From assembly GCA_051362555.1 (NCBI GenBank), contig CM120640.1, positions 16,182,001 to 16,246,000 of the forward strand: a stretch of 64,000 nucleotides of DNA, in the 5' to 3' direction. Both the position numbers and the translations under genes were made by a program. Below, piece by piece: positions 12,334 to 51,229 of this stretch; the first letter of the stretch is position 1; each line of letters begins with the position of its first letter. This stretch comes from Lingula anatina. Its lineage: Eukaryota > Animalia > Brachiopoda. The notes under the pieces were generated by a model. The model worked only from the letters and a program-made list of their open reading frames with translations. It did no database searches and was not told the DNA's origin.

Positions 12334-15300
12334 ATGTTTGGACTAGCTGAACACGGTATAAGTTGCACATGACATTCTGGCTGTATCAGTGGATCTTTTT
12401 AAAAGCTGTGGTTGTCTGGCATATCTGAAATCAAATAATGTTAAACACATCGAGTAGGGGCATTGAGTGCTGCTTTGTTAGAATCTTAGATTTCGCCTAG
12501 ACACACAACTTCATAAGACAGTGATCAATTGATATCATTTGATATTTATTTTTATATTTGTTAATCAGTTTGATTATTGATCTGGTAATCAGATAGTTAC
12601 ATCTAATTTTTAAAATGTGCCTACGTGTTTTGTTTGTGTTATTATTTCGTCATGTGTTTCATTTAGTTATACAGTCACTTTATTATTTCTCAGAATTTTC
12701 TGATCTCCACTTACTTTCTTTTACTCTGACAGCAATGAATAACTCAGATGTGTCAGATTTATTGTAGACAGTGCATTTTTTCAGAGTACTCAGGCTTGAC
12801 ACAACCCCATCAGAATTGATGAGAAACCCTGGGTATGCAATGCATTATTTTATTTCAGGCAGTCATCAAGAGCCCATGACCCTGGGGTCCCCTGCCTCTA
12901 GTCCAGGGGGTCACCACCACCCTACACCATCACAGTTCTTACCTGGCTATCTGCTGGGAGATGCCTCTCCAATGCCTGCCTCGGTAGGTCATAGTTTGTT
13001 TTGTATTGATGCAGGGATTTTTTCCTTATTTTTTCTGTCTTTCCTTATCCTGGACACTCTATGATTATCAATGGTAGAAAGAATCCATTGCCAAGCATGT
13101 TCCACAGAAAATACCCAAACTCAGTCTAGAAAACTGCTCTCTAAAGTGGATTTCTGCTACTAAAGTGGATTTATGCTAGCTAGTGTCTGTAGTCACAAAT
13201 TTAGGTGAAATTTAGAATTAAAAAAAAGCTTTAAAGCTGGCAAATCTTTAAGCTTTCTTAATATAATCTCGTGAAGCTTCAAACTATTCACATTGAATAT
13301 GAATCTACGGAAACTCAAACTATGACATATGTTCTTCCGCTCAGTTGCTATATCTTATTATCACTACTGGTTTATGTTTAAGCCTGCTGGGCCTAGACTA
13401 TGGTCAACTACCAGTGGCAGCAGTCCACCTAAAACAACATCAAGAGCCTCTTCTTGGACAACCCCACTAAGTCCACATGGGGGACATACACCAAGAACTG
13501 ACAGCAGGAATAGGTAGCTGTAATTTTTAAATGATAATAATAATATTAATAGTACTGATTTATTTAGCTCTCTCTCCAGCTGTCCATCCCTAAGGATGAT
13601 GACAGCTCCTCATTTATTAGTTATTAGTGTGTCTTTTGATGACTGAATAGTCCAATTTGTGATTGACATGTCTTTCCACAAGTTCCACAGGTATACACAG
13701 GTCCTGCTGGTTGCTGTTGATTAGTTTGAGAATTGCATTTCTTGTGCTTTTCATGATCCAGCTAATATATAATGTATACACCAAAATCAATTTCTATCAC
13801 AATTTCTTTAAATAAATCATAAAAGCATGTCAGGCGTAAGCTAGAAATAATTCTGCCAAAGCATATTTCTTCATAAATCTAGTAATGACCATGATATGAT
13901 ATTATGTATAAGATTTGTTGCTGTGTTTTACAGAGATATGGTAGGGCATCGCCCAAAAGATAAAACTGGGGCCCCACCAGTCCAAGGCCTGTTTGAAACA
14001 TTTTCCACTCCATCAAGACCAAGTACAGATCCCAGAATGGTATGTTTAGGCTTAGTTGTCTTATTAAAAGTTTTCTTTTTTTACTCGTTTTCTAGAAAAT
14101 GTGTGATATTTACTGTTTGTTTTTATTTTTTGTGATTAACTTTGGAGAATTCTTTTATTGTAATTTCTACAATCCTTGCTTCCTTTATGGTGGTAATTAT
14201 TTTGAAGTAAGTTTTATTTATCATATCCTTTAGGTTGACTACAGTGCAGGTGCCCCCAGAACACCTTCTACATCTTTTGCTGCTAGAACTGCACATGAGT
14301 CTTCATTAGGTTGGTAACAGTGCTAACATTACAGTTCTGTCAGCAAAAATTCTCAGTTCATCTAGAAAATATATATATGCCATTATTAGTGTAGCCATAT
14401 AAGTTTTACCAAATCCTATTAACTTTCCTCAAAGAAAGATGAGCAAGTAAGTTGAAAACAGTCTTTATATGTTAATTTTATTTTTAAATTCAATATTACT
14501 GTATGTGTGTTCTGTTTGCTATATCATAATGTATACATACAGTAAGAATAAGGTTCTGCTACTACTTTGAAATTACTGTCAATACATCACTTTAGTCTGT
14601 CTGTATCACCAGAGCCAAAGCTATTGTTTAGAGTGTTCATCTTGTGAAAACATGATCTTGTTCAATGTCACCCATGAATTTGATTATGAACTGTCTGAGC
14701 TTTATCCCCCTAGGTCTGCAGTCCAGTAGTTTATTCAGTCCGGGAAGTGCAACCTCTTTTAATCAATCCAGAAAAACTCCCCCATCTCCAGCTCAGATAG
14801 ATCCCTTCTACACACAGGGGTAAGTAACTCCTCCAGGGTGGCAGAATTTATAGCTCACATAAGCCACAGATCTATTCTTTATCTTGCTATTTTAAATGGA
14901 ACGACACCTGGAAAGGTTATTGATAGGTGAAATGCAAAGTTAACATTGAAATAAGTTGATTTGGTTACTGTGTTTCTCACAGCACTGATGATTTGACTCA
15001 CTCTGAAATTTTTTTATGTCTAAACATAATCAATTCTTATTGGTAAATATATAATCAAATGGCTATAAAATAAACTTGCATTTGCCTTTTTGTTATTAAA
15101 TTCAACCTTCAAACTAAAACCATGTTATATTTTGCATAAAAATAGACAACAAAAGGATTTTGAGCAGATATCGGTACAGAGAGGATTAGAGATCGGATGA
15201 CCCATATCTTGTAAAATTTACTTTTTGAGCAATTTGTAATAGATAAGTTATTGATTGATTAATATATAAACAAATTAATTAATGTTATATTTCAGGGAAG

Positions 15301-16675
15301 CTATTCAACCAGAGGATGAATTAGATGAAACGTGGATAACAGTCTTTGGGTAACATTACGATTTCTAATTCTGATTTATACAAGGGCAGCTTTAACGAAA
15401 TGCAATTGCACAAAATACTTAACAAAAATGAAGAACCAAAGTCCCTGAAAATGTGATATTTACTGTTTGTTTTTAATCCCAATGTTATTAACTTGAGGGA
15501 ATTCTATTATTATAATTTCATTGATAAACTGAGATTTAAAATAATTATGATTATTATATTATATTATATTTTGCTTTAATCAAATCACAGAACACTACAT
15601 TCTGAGCACTGTTGTTAAGTTTGCTATTTTTAATGGTTTAAATTAATTGTTTATGTTGTTAATTTGCTATATATATTTAAAATGTTTTATATTTTTTAGT
15701 TTTCCTCCAAACACGGCATCATTTATCCTGCAGCAGTTTTCTCAGTATGGCAATATAACCAGACATGTGGTGAGTAGAAAAAAGATTGATATTTAAAAAG
15801 ATATAGGGAGGAAGTTCTTAACAAGATTTCTGCTTTGATAAAAACAATGAATCCGTGTTTTTGTTTTAACACATTTGCTTCATGCTCTTCAGGAAATTGA
15901 AAGATTGGCACTATTAGTGGTCGATCTTGTGGTTAGACAAATGACAAAAGGGAGGCAAAGAAATTGTTTTGATATTAATCTACAGTACCATTGATGTCTT
16001 TATCATAGATCTGGAGGTGCATGCTCTCTGCCCTCACATAGAACATATACTTTAATGCTAATATTGATATCATCAAGCATGCTTCCATTCAGATTGCAAA
16101 TGAAGGCAATTGGATGCATATTCACTATCAGTCCAAGCTACAAGCCAAGAAAGCCCTCAGCAAGAATGGGAAGGTGTTTGGAAATATAATGGTTGGAGTT
16201 ACACCATGCATAGATAAGGTGAGCATGGAAAAACCCTGGTTGTCTTAGGCAAATATGGTCATTAAATGATATGATCATGGTATTAAGATAATTATGTACT
16301 CATAATTATTTATTTATTTATTGCATAAATTGGATAATGTTGTGGGGTGAAAACAACATTCCTTTCAATAATTATACTTTTAATTTTGTGGCTCCTTTTG
16401 TGTTGGTTTTCATAATTTATTAGCTCATCATGTTGTAGTTATGTGTTAACATTACTAAGATCATATTTTTCTTACAGAGTATAATGGATGGAGAGAAGGA
16501 AAACCATGATATGTCCTCTACACTTGACACATCCACCCAGAGCACATCTGTTAGGGACAGCAGTAGTATGACCAAAGTAGGCATCAGACCCCTGACTGCA
16601 GCTTACCAGGCTGCTAGTGCAGATCATCAGGTAAAATACACCTCCTTTCTGGAATTTGCTTGTCCAGTTGTGCTT

Positions 16676-16714
<39 letters not shown>

Positions 16715-17139
16715 TTTTTTGTTTATTTGTTTTTTTTCTGTACACATTTTTTTCCTGCTACCATTACCATGGCCTTTGTTACAGGCATCACTGTGCACTT
16801 TTTTGCACTTGCTTGAATAAAAGGTTTGAACTGGATAGTTTTAGGAAAATACATTGAAGATAAAAAGTGAACAGGCCATTCAGTTGATGTTGAATAGGTC
16901 TATGGGATCTTGCTGCAAAGAAGACACTTTTGCAATTGACTGAATATTATTTTAGACACATAATTAAGTAAACCAAACTGTACTATTTATGTAATAATGT
17001 GAAAAATTTACTGTTATATATTTATTGTCATTTTGGTGTGCTGTATTCTATTTTGTTGCAGGTGGTCCAGTCCAGTAACACCCCAAGAAAAAGTAACAAT
17101 GTTTTGTCAAAGGCCATGGACTATATGTTTGGATGGTGA
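12334..17139 (+). CDS. NUP35: Nucleoporin NUP35/Nup53 (RRM nucleoporin), 11 coding exons, about 348 aa
   Basis: Hand-spliced exons: 12334-12355, 12859-12983, 13383-13513, 13934-14039, 14234-14309, 14714-14819, 15296-15349, 15700-15769, 16093-16218, 16478-16630, 17062-17139. All GT-AG, 1047 nt, in frame. Motifs recalled as typical of NUP35: [39 protein letters not shown], the RRM (WITVFGFPP...ILQQFSQYG...[26 protein letters not shown]) and the C-terminal amphipathic helix [10 protein letters not shown]. Confidence 0.96.
16676..16715. repeat. (TTTA)n microsatellite
   Basis: Directly visible in the last NUP35 intron. Confidence 0.9.
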
Positions 17140-17739
17140 GGGGGCTATTGATTGTAAGATCCACCAGTGATAAATATATGGACAGCATGATTATCTGAAA
17201 GAATTACTATATTTGATTTCCAGTCTTGTGCTGAAGAATATTGCCTTTATGTCACTTTTTTAATTATATGGAAGTAGAGGGCTGGCAGGAATTTTTATCT
17301 ATATGAAAGGCATCATGAAATACAGCCTTTGCCATGTTATCTTCGATCTTAATTCTGCTCCTTTCATAGATTTTCATATGTCCCAATTATAAAATTTTAT
17401 GTAGTGTCCTTAGAGGAAAAACTGACCAATGTTAATTGCTTTGAAATTCAAATTCTCTTTAGTTACCCTCCATGTACACTGGGACACTTTAACGTGTTTT
17501 AACCTAATCAAAAGATAACCCAAAGGTGATTTACTTAAAGAGATACAGAGTTCAGAAAGGTGTTCTTATAGGAATTAAAATTCTTACTGGAATTGTGTAT
17601 CATCACTGCAATTAATGATGAAATTGGTAAATACCATGGATTGAAGAATTTCACAAATAAATGGTTACAAAGTAACACTGCATACTAATAGATAGAACCA
17701 TATTATTAGTCATTCGGTCTTTTAATGGATGTAAATGTT

Positions 17740-17745
17740 AATAAA
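17740..17745 (+). terminator. Candidate polyadenylation signal of NUP35
   Basis: AATAAA about 600 nt after the stop, followed by GT/T-rich ttcttgtagttgttcatttggtc. Another AATAAA lies at 17656-17661. Confidence 0.45.
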
Positions 17746-19730
17746 ATTCTCTATTTTTATAAAATTGACAATTCTTGTAGTTGTTCATTTGGTCTTCCAC
17801 TTTAAAAACAAAATGAAATACTTCATGTCTTTATTTCAATGATGATGATTTGCTGAGTACATAAGCTGCTCAATCGCATAATCATTATTTTATACAGCAA
17901 ATCGTCTTGCAAGGAGAGTTCCCACTGGTTCTCAATTTAACCTAAAACTTTCAATATTATAAACATGATACCATTGACTTCTAAAACCACAGGGAGGATT
18001 ATTATCTAGGAGTAATAACTATTTCTGTAGTTGCATACTTCATATGTTTAAAAGACGACCTTTTTATCAATACACATTGCACATTTTACACCCCATTTCA
18101 GCTACACAACTCGTATAATAAAAACTCAAACACTAGTTCCTTAAATACATGCCAATGATTGTACATACTGTGCAATGGCAGTCACGTTTCCTCTTTGAGA
18201 AGTGCATAATCTTGGGAACAGTAAAGAACAATATTTGGCAAATTGCAGTTGTGTTCTGCATTAAGCAGAATACGCTAATCAATAATTATTAAGATTACAT
18301 TAATAAATGCTTCTATCAGTTTACATATGATACATCTATATGTACTGATGGTATAAATAAGTTGCTTGTTCGTTGCACTGTTAAAATGTAAAACCTGTTT
18401 TGAAGGACATTGAATAAGATCTACAAAAGCTGTGCCCTTACAGCCCATAGGCAACTATATATATCACTGCAAACCATGCCACTTATTTTGCAATGTCTGA
18501 GGAAGTCACCAGGCTCTGCATCAGTAAGCATGATCTTCAGTACTCTTCCTTCACACAATGTAAATGCACAAGCTTTCTGTCCAGTATTTTACTATATAAT
18601 AAAGACAAAGACGCAAGATAAAGATATAAATATAGACACTCACCATTGCTACACTCCACACATTTGTATAATTGTAATACTTTTTCAAGAAAATTTACAT
18701 CAATAGATTCAGTAATGTACATGACTATATAATACACTAGGCTAGTTCAATGAGAGGCCTTCATTTCAAGATAACCTTAAAATAAGACCATGGTAATAAT
18801 TCTGCCTTCATAATAAAATTGTACAACAAATCAAATTCAAGTGTGAGATCTCTTCTGGGCATGATGCAGTTTTAAAGTCATCTGGTCCGTAAAAACTAAC
18901 AATTAGATTAACACTGGCATAGGTAATTTAAAACTACTATAAGATGGATTCTTCATCTAATCTTTCATAAACAAGCACAAAGTACATCCTTACAGAATGA
19001 ATTGCCCACAATGTAGTTTATTATTCATTTTGTGAAATGACGACATATTCCTACCAAAGTTGGCATTTTTGTAAAAAAATTTTAAAAAAAGTAGGCTTTG
19101 TAAAAACCCTTTTTAACTACATGACAAAGCATATTATTATCTCTTTATTGTAGGATATTGAAAAGAATCTTCACCTTCACTCCAACAATATTTTTACTTT
19201 CAGATTGAGCAGCACTATAATTAATTTATAAAAGCGCACAATAAAAGTACTGGCAGTGGTTTCAATGGAAAAGGTTGCTTGTACAACAAAAATGGTGTTT
19301 AGAGTAGGTAAAAGCAGCTGTTTGGTTCATAAAAACCCTGCACCTGGATGTATGGCACTATATTCAGAACCATACCTCGTTGCAGAGTCTGACTTCTATG
19401 CTATAATAGTTTCTCTGAAAATGCTTGAATATTACAATATTTTTCAAAGTTGACCAAGTTATTAGTGTTAATTTGTTCTATGCTTCTTAGGACTACTATC
19501 ATTGTGAAAAAAGAGCACATTCATCTAATGTATAAATACTTCCACTTATGTTCCTTGTTCCATCCCTTCAGATCATTCCATTTCAATGTGGAAAATCCCA
19601 AATGAAAATGTTTCAGGAGTGCCAATAACTTGTCAAGTGTAGCCCTTACGTTCATCGGTAGTCACCTGGAAAGTTCTTCATGCTCATAAAATTCAACAGA
19701 TCCACCAGTGTTTTTGATCATTACAGCCCT

Positions 19731-46944
<27,214 letters not shown>

Positions 46945-47307
46945 TTCTTTACACTTCTTCTCAATCAATCTATGAATTAATTCATCGTTTTTGTGCTTGA
47001 TTAGGTTGTTCGATGTCAGCCGAACTCCGCCATTTTGTTTTATCGAAAGGCGTTGTCACGAGGGCAGCCGAACAATAACGAACTGTTTTTCTGTTAGGTG
47101 CATCAATCATTCATTCAATCAACCTGTCTCTACACAATCCATACATATTCTTGCACATATCGTGTTTTTATTGGATATATTTCCAGGCGATTAATCCCCG
47201 AAAAGTTGAAATAATATTGGTGCATGTTTGACCTCATACGCATGCTCATTTTACACTTGTACGACTTCCGTTTATGAGACCACTGAGAACAAAAATTGTG
47301 AAAAAGG
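46945..47307. promoter_or_regulatory. Head-to-head (bidirectional) promoter of ARHGAP39 and GID8
   Basis: The ARHGAP39 ATG (46944, -) and the putative GID8 exon-1 donor (47308, +) are about 360 bp apart. Local CpG enrichment, YY1-type CCGCCATTTT at 47027-47036 and ETS-type ACTTCCG near 47264. Confidence 0.65.
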
Positions 47308-48524
47308 GTGAGCTTTCAGTAACTGTCCATTTTTCATTATTATTCTTTGGTTAACAATATCACAGATGGTGTAAATTTTTATTTTTCTTTCTAGCATATA
47401 GTTTTTAATTGGTTATGAGGCTTTTGAAAATATATAAAAATGTTTACAGATTATTGTTACAATTTATTTATTATTCTGCTTCACTTTGTTTGAGTCTGAC
47501 TGTCGACAAGTGTCGTGTCTATGCGACTTAACTAGCCCCTGGATTGCACAATATTTAGGTTTCCATCTTTATTAACTGAGCGTGTTAGACATTTTATATT
47601 CAAATATTTAAAAGTAAAAAAGGACGGATAGGAATGCTAGAGGCAGTGGTAGACAAACTATCAAATCAAAAAGTAAGATATATTTTAACCCTTATTTTAC
47701 AGTCGATTAGTGCACTTCCTGGGATCATACTCATTGTCAAGGATCTTAGTTTTGAATCTTTAATACAGGTATTAATAAACTTAATTTTAACAAAAATCCA
47801 GAAGTGGTACTAGAATAGTACTTAACCCCCCCCCCCCCCCCCCCCTCCAAAAAAAAAATGTCTCAGTTTTTGGTCTTACATGGTTTGCAAATAAGGGCTC
47901 ATAACAACTTGTATTAGAAACTCTTGTGGCTGTATGTGGCATCTCTTACAAATGGGATTAAAAAGTGGTAACACTTTTGCAAAGCAGAAATAAAAGACTA
48001 AAGTGTTATCAAACTGGTGAGTGAACTGATGCAAAAGGACTTAAATTGAGAAGGTTTTTCCAGGACAAAGATATATACATATATACCCCTGCCTCTGCTT
48101 TTCAACTTTTTAAAAAGTTTGGCTTTCAAAGTAACTCCATGATTTTTCAATGTTTACCTCTGAAATTACCTCAGCTGTCATTATACTAGTATGGGCTTGA
48201 TTTGTCTTGTAATAACATTGAGAAATGGTCAGGAAGATTGGCATTGCACTTAGGCAGGTTCACCAGACACCCACTTATTGATATTGTGATGCAGAGATCA
48301 TGTGCAAGATCCCAACCCGATACACACTTGTCTTGGAAAGTAAATTAATAGCTTTATTGAACAGAGTTAGGTCTTGTTTATAAATGCTTGGTGATATAGC
48401 ATATTTCTGAAACTTATGTACATTGTGTATACCATTGCAGTACTTTTTGTTTTGTGTTATCAGTGAACATATGTTGTACCGTGTACAAGAAAATTCACAG
48501 CCTCCAGCTTATTATTGTTTTCAG

Positions 48525-49932
48525 ATGAATATCAATGACAAACAGCCAGAAGATGTTTCCAAAGATGAGTGGATGCAGAAGCTACATAGTCTCCATATCA
48601 CGAGAGCAGACATGAACAGACTTATTATGAATTATTTAGTAACAGGTAATGGTAAATCAATCACTGCTAATTTTAATCTCTTTTGCTATTTTATTTTTAT
48701 TTTATTTTTTTCTTAAATTAATTTTCTTTGAATTGCAATATATGTCATAGGATCTTGATATGTGCCAGCACTTTATTTAATTGTTTTTATGTGTATGCTG
48801 TACTTTATTTAGAAATAAGATACTAAGGCTGTAATACAGTGAATTAGTCCACCACCACATTATTTTCCGTAACTTGTTCTAGAGGGATTTAAAGAGGCAG
48901 CAGAGAAGTTCCGTATGGAGTCCGGCCTGCAACCAGAGACTGAACTGGACAGCTTGGACGATAGGATTAGGATAAGAGATGCTATACAGCAGGGCAGGAT
49001 ACAAGAAGCTATTGCCCTGGTCAACAACATTCACCCAGAACTGCTGGACAATGATAGATACCTGTACTTCCATTTACAAGTAAGATCTTGTTATGTACAA
49101 CAGGTCTCCTGTTTAGATGACTGAGCAATCGTAGTTTTTTGGATCTTAACTTATACTGTAGGTGACCCAGTTAACCTCAAATAGAGGCTGGCTTACTTAA
49201 TTTTCTATGGTCATCACATTAAGAATATTGGTTAAAATAAAGATGGTCTTAAGTTTAATGATTTTTTAAAATTTATAAATATCTAATGCTGTGTCTTTGG
49301 TATTCTTTTTCTGATTGCAGCAACAACATCTTATAGAACTTATCCGTGAAAGAAACATAGAAAATGCATTGGATTATGCACAGACACATTTAGCAGAAAG
49401 AGGTGAAGAAAATCCAGAAATTTTAACAGAATTAGAAAGAACTCTTGCCCTTTTGGCATTTGAAGATCCTGAAAGTTCCCCATTTGGGGATCTTTTGCAT
49501 CCTTCCCAGAGATACCAGGTAAATAAACTGAAGAAAATGTCATAATTTTATAACATTTCAGTATGATTGAATGTGCTGTTTAAAATAATACAAAAAGGCT
49601 AATTAATGATCTAAAAAGTGAAAGTCCTTGATTTAAAATGAGGAAATGCATATTAGTTGAGTTAGATTTGTTGTTTTAATTTATTTTATTTACAAAATTG
49701 TGTTGGTTTGTTTATAAACAAAAGCTTTTATGTATGATTTCTTTCTTTAATCGTTTAGGTTGCAAGTGAACTTAATGCAGCCATTTTGGAGATGGAAAAC
49801 AGAGAATCAACTCCAAAACTTGCAAAACTGTTAAAACTTTTGCTATGGGCACAAGATGAACTAGACAAGAAAAAGGTCAAATACCCAAAGATGATAGACC
49901 TTGCCAAAGGAGAAATAGATGATGCAAAATAA
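48525..49932 (+). CDS. GID8: GID/CTLH E3 ligase complex subunit 8 (TWA1; LisH-CTLH-CRA), 229 aa
   Basis: Coding exons 48525-48645, 48883-49079, 49321-49518, 49759-49932 (690 nt). Lis[30 protein letters not shown]; [33 protein letters not shown]...[15 protein letters not shown]; [14 protein letters not shown]...[10 protein letters not shown]...[14 protein letters not shown] probable non-coding exon 1 ends at 47307 (AGG|gtgagc). Confidence 0.97.
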
Positions 49933-51229
49933 TATTCTCTCAACAGAATTGTTTTATTTGATGTTATTGCATTTGTTCATGCCATCAGCTGTTTTTCTGT
50001 CAATGTGGAGAATTTTACACTATACATTTTACACTCTATATTTCACGGGAACAGATATTTTAGAAACAGATTAGCTATCTTATCACTCAAATGTTCAGCC
50101 TCATCCAAAAAGCAAATGATATGGGCTATCAAACATCAAGAACAGCATGCCCTCTTGTCAAATATGGTTTACATACAAATGCTCAAATAAAAAACAATGA
50201 ATAGGGTATGCCCCTTGCTGCAATAGAACCCAAATGAATTAATTTCAATTTTATTTAATTTTTTCATATTTTCTTGAAAATTTCAATACAAATAAACTGT
50301 ATTGCATTTTTTTAAAGATCATTCATGTTCTATTATATGCATTGCTTTTATTTTCACTTTCAATAAAGATGCAACTTATAAAAATAATGTCATTTTACGA
50401 AATGCACATAATAGACTTTTTGGGCACGAGTCTTCAACAGGGCTCTCAGATAGACAATACAAACTTTTAAGACGTCGAAAACTAAAAACCGTCCCTTTCC
50501 ATGAATTTGCACAAGGATTACTGGTGGAATTCACAATAATTGACTTTTTGTATGTGAAATAAATCATTAGATCTACCATTAATTGTATCATTATGATGAC
50601 TCTGTTTCCTTAGGTTTTTGCATCTTTTTCTGTTCTCTTGGCTGTAGACGCAAAAGGGACATGAAGGTTTTTCATATACAAGGATGTCCTGTTTAAGGGT
50701 AGACAGGGAATTTGAAGTGGTTATGCTATGTGAACTTCAAACAAAGATTGTGCCATTGTTCACCTAACACAATGATATCAGATAAAGCAAGTCCGAGCTC
50801 TGTCTTTTAACTTTTAATTATTTACTGCAAAAATGAACTGTGCTATGAATGGCCGAAAACAAGTAATAGTTATTTCTAAAATGAATCAGTTAACAGCAAT
50901 GTTATTCTTACTCATAAGCTCCACATGGAAATCAACATGATCTTTAGCAAATGAAGTGCATGATCTCAACAACCCGCTTGAATTCTGGGATACAATTCCA
51001 GAGCGCCATTTTGAAACAGGAAAATGTAAATTCGTATCTAAGCAGTGGTTTACATCAATATTTAAGGATGTGAAAGTCACTGAAAGCATTAAATTACTCC
51101 AAAAGGAATTGAAGTTCAACGAGTTTCATGGCACAGCTTCCAGGAACCTGATAAAATAACCGACATAAGAATTTTTTGCATTGTTTACATCGCCCTAGTC
51201 ATGTAGACAGAAGGAAATCTGCAGCCGCA

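Noticed and set aside
13595-13645. ATGATGA...CTGA pair in NUP35 intron 3 resembling a C/D snoRNA
   Set aside because: Only about 50 nt, with no terminal stem or identifiable rRNA guide.
17134-17145. NUP35 TGA as a readthrough or selenocysteine codon
   Set aside because: It falls at the conserved MFGW C-terminus, lacks the TGA-CTAG readthrough context, and no SECIS was recognised.
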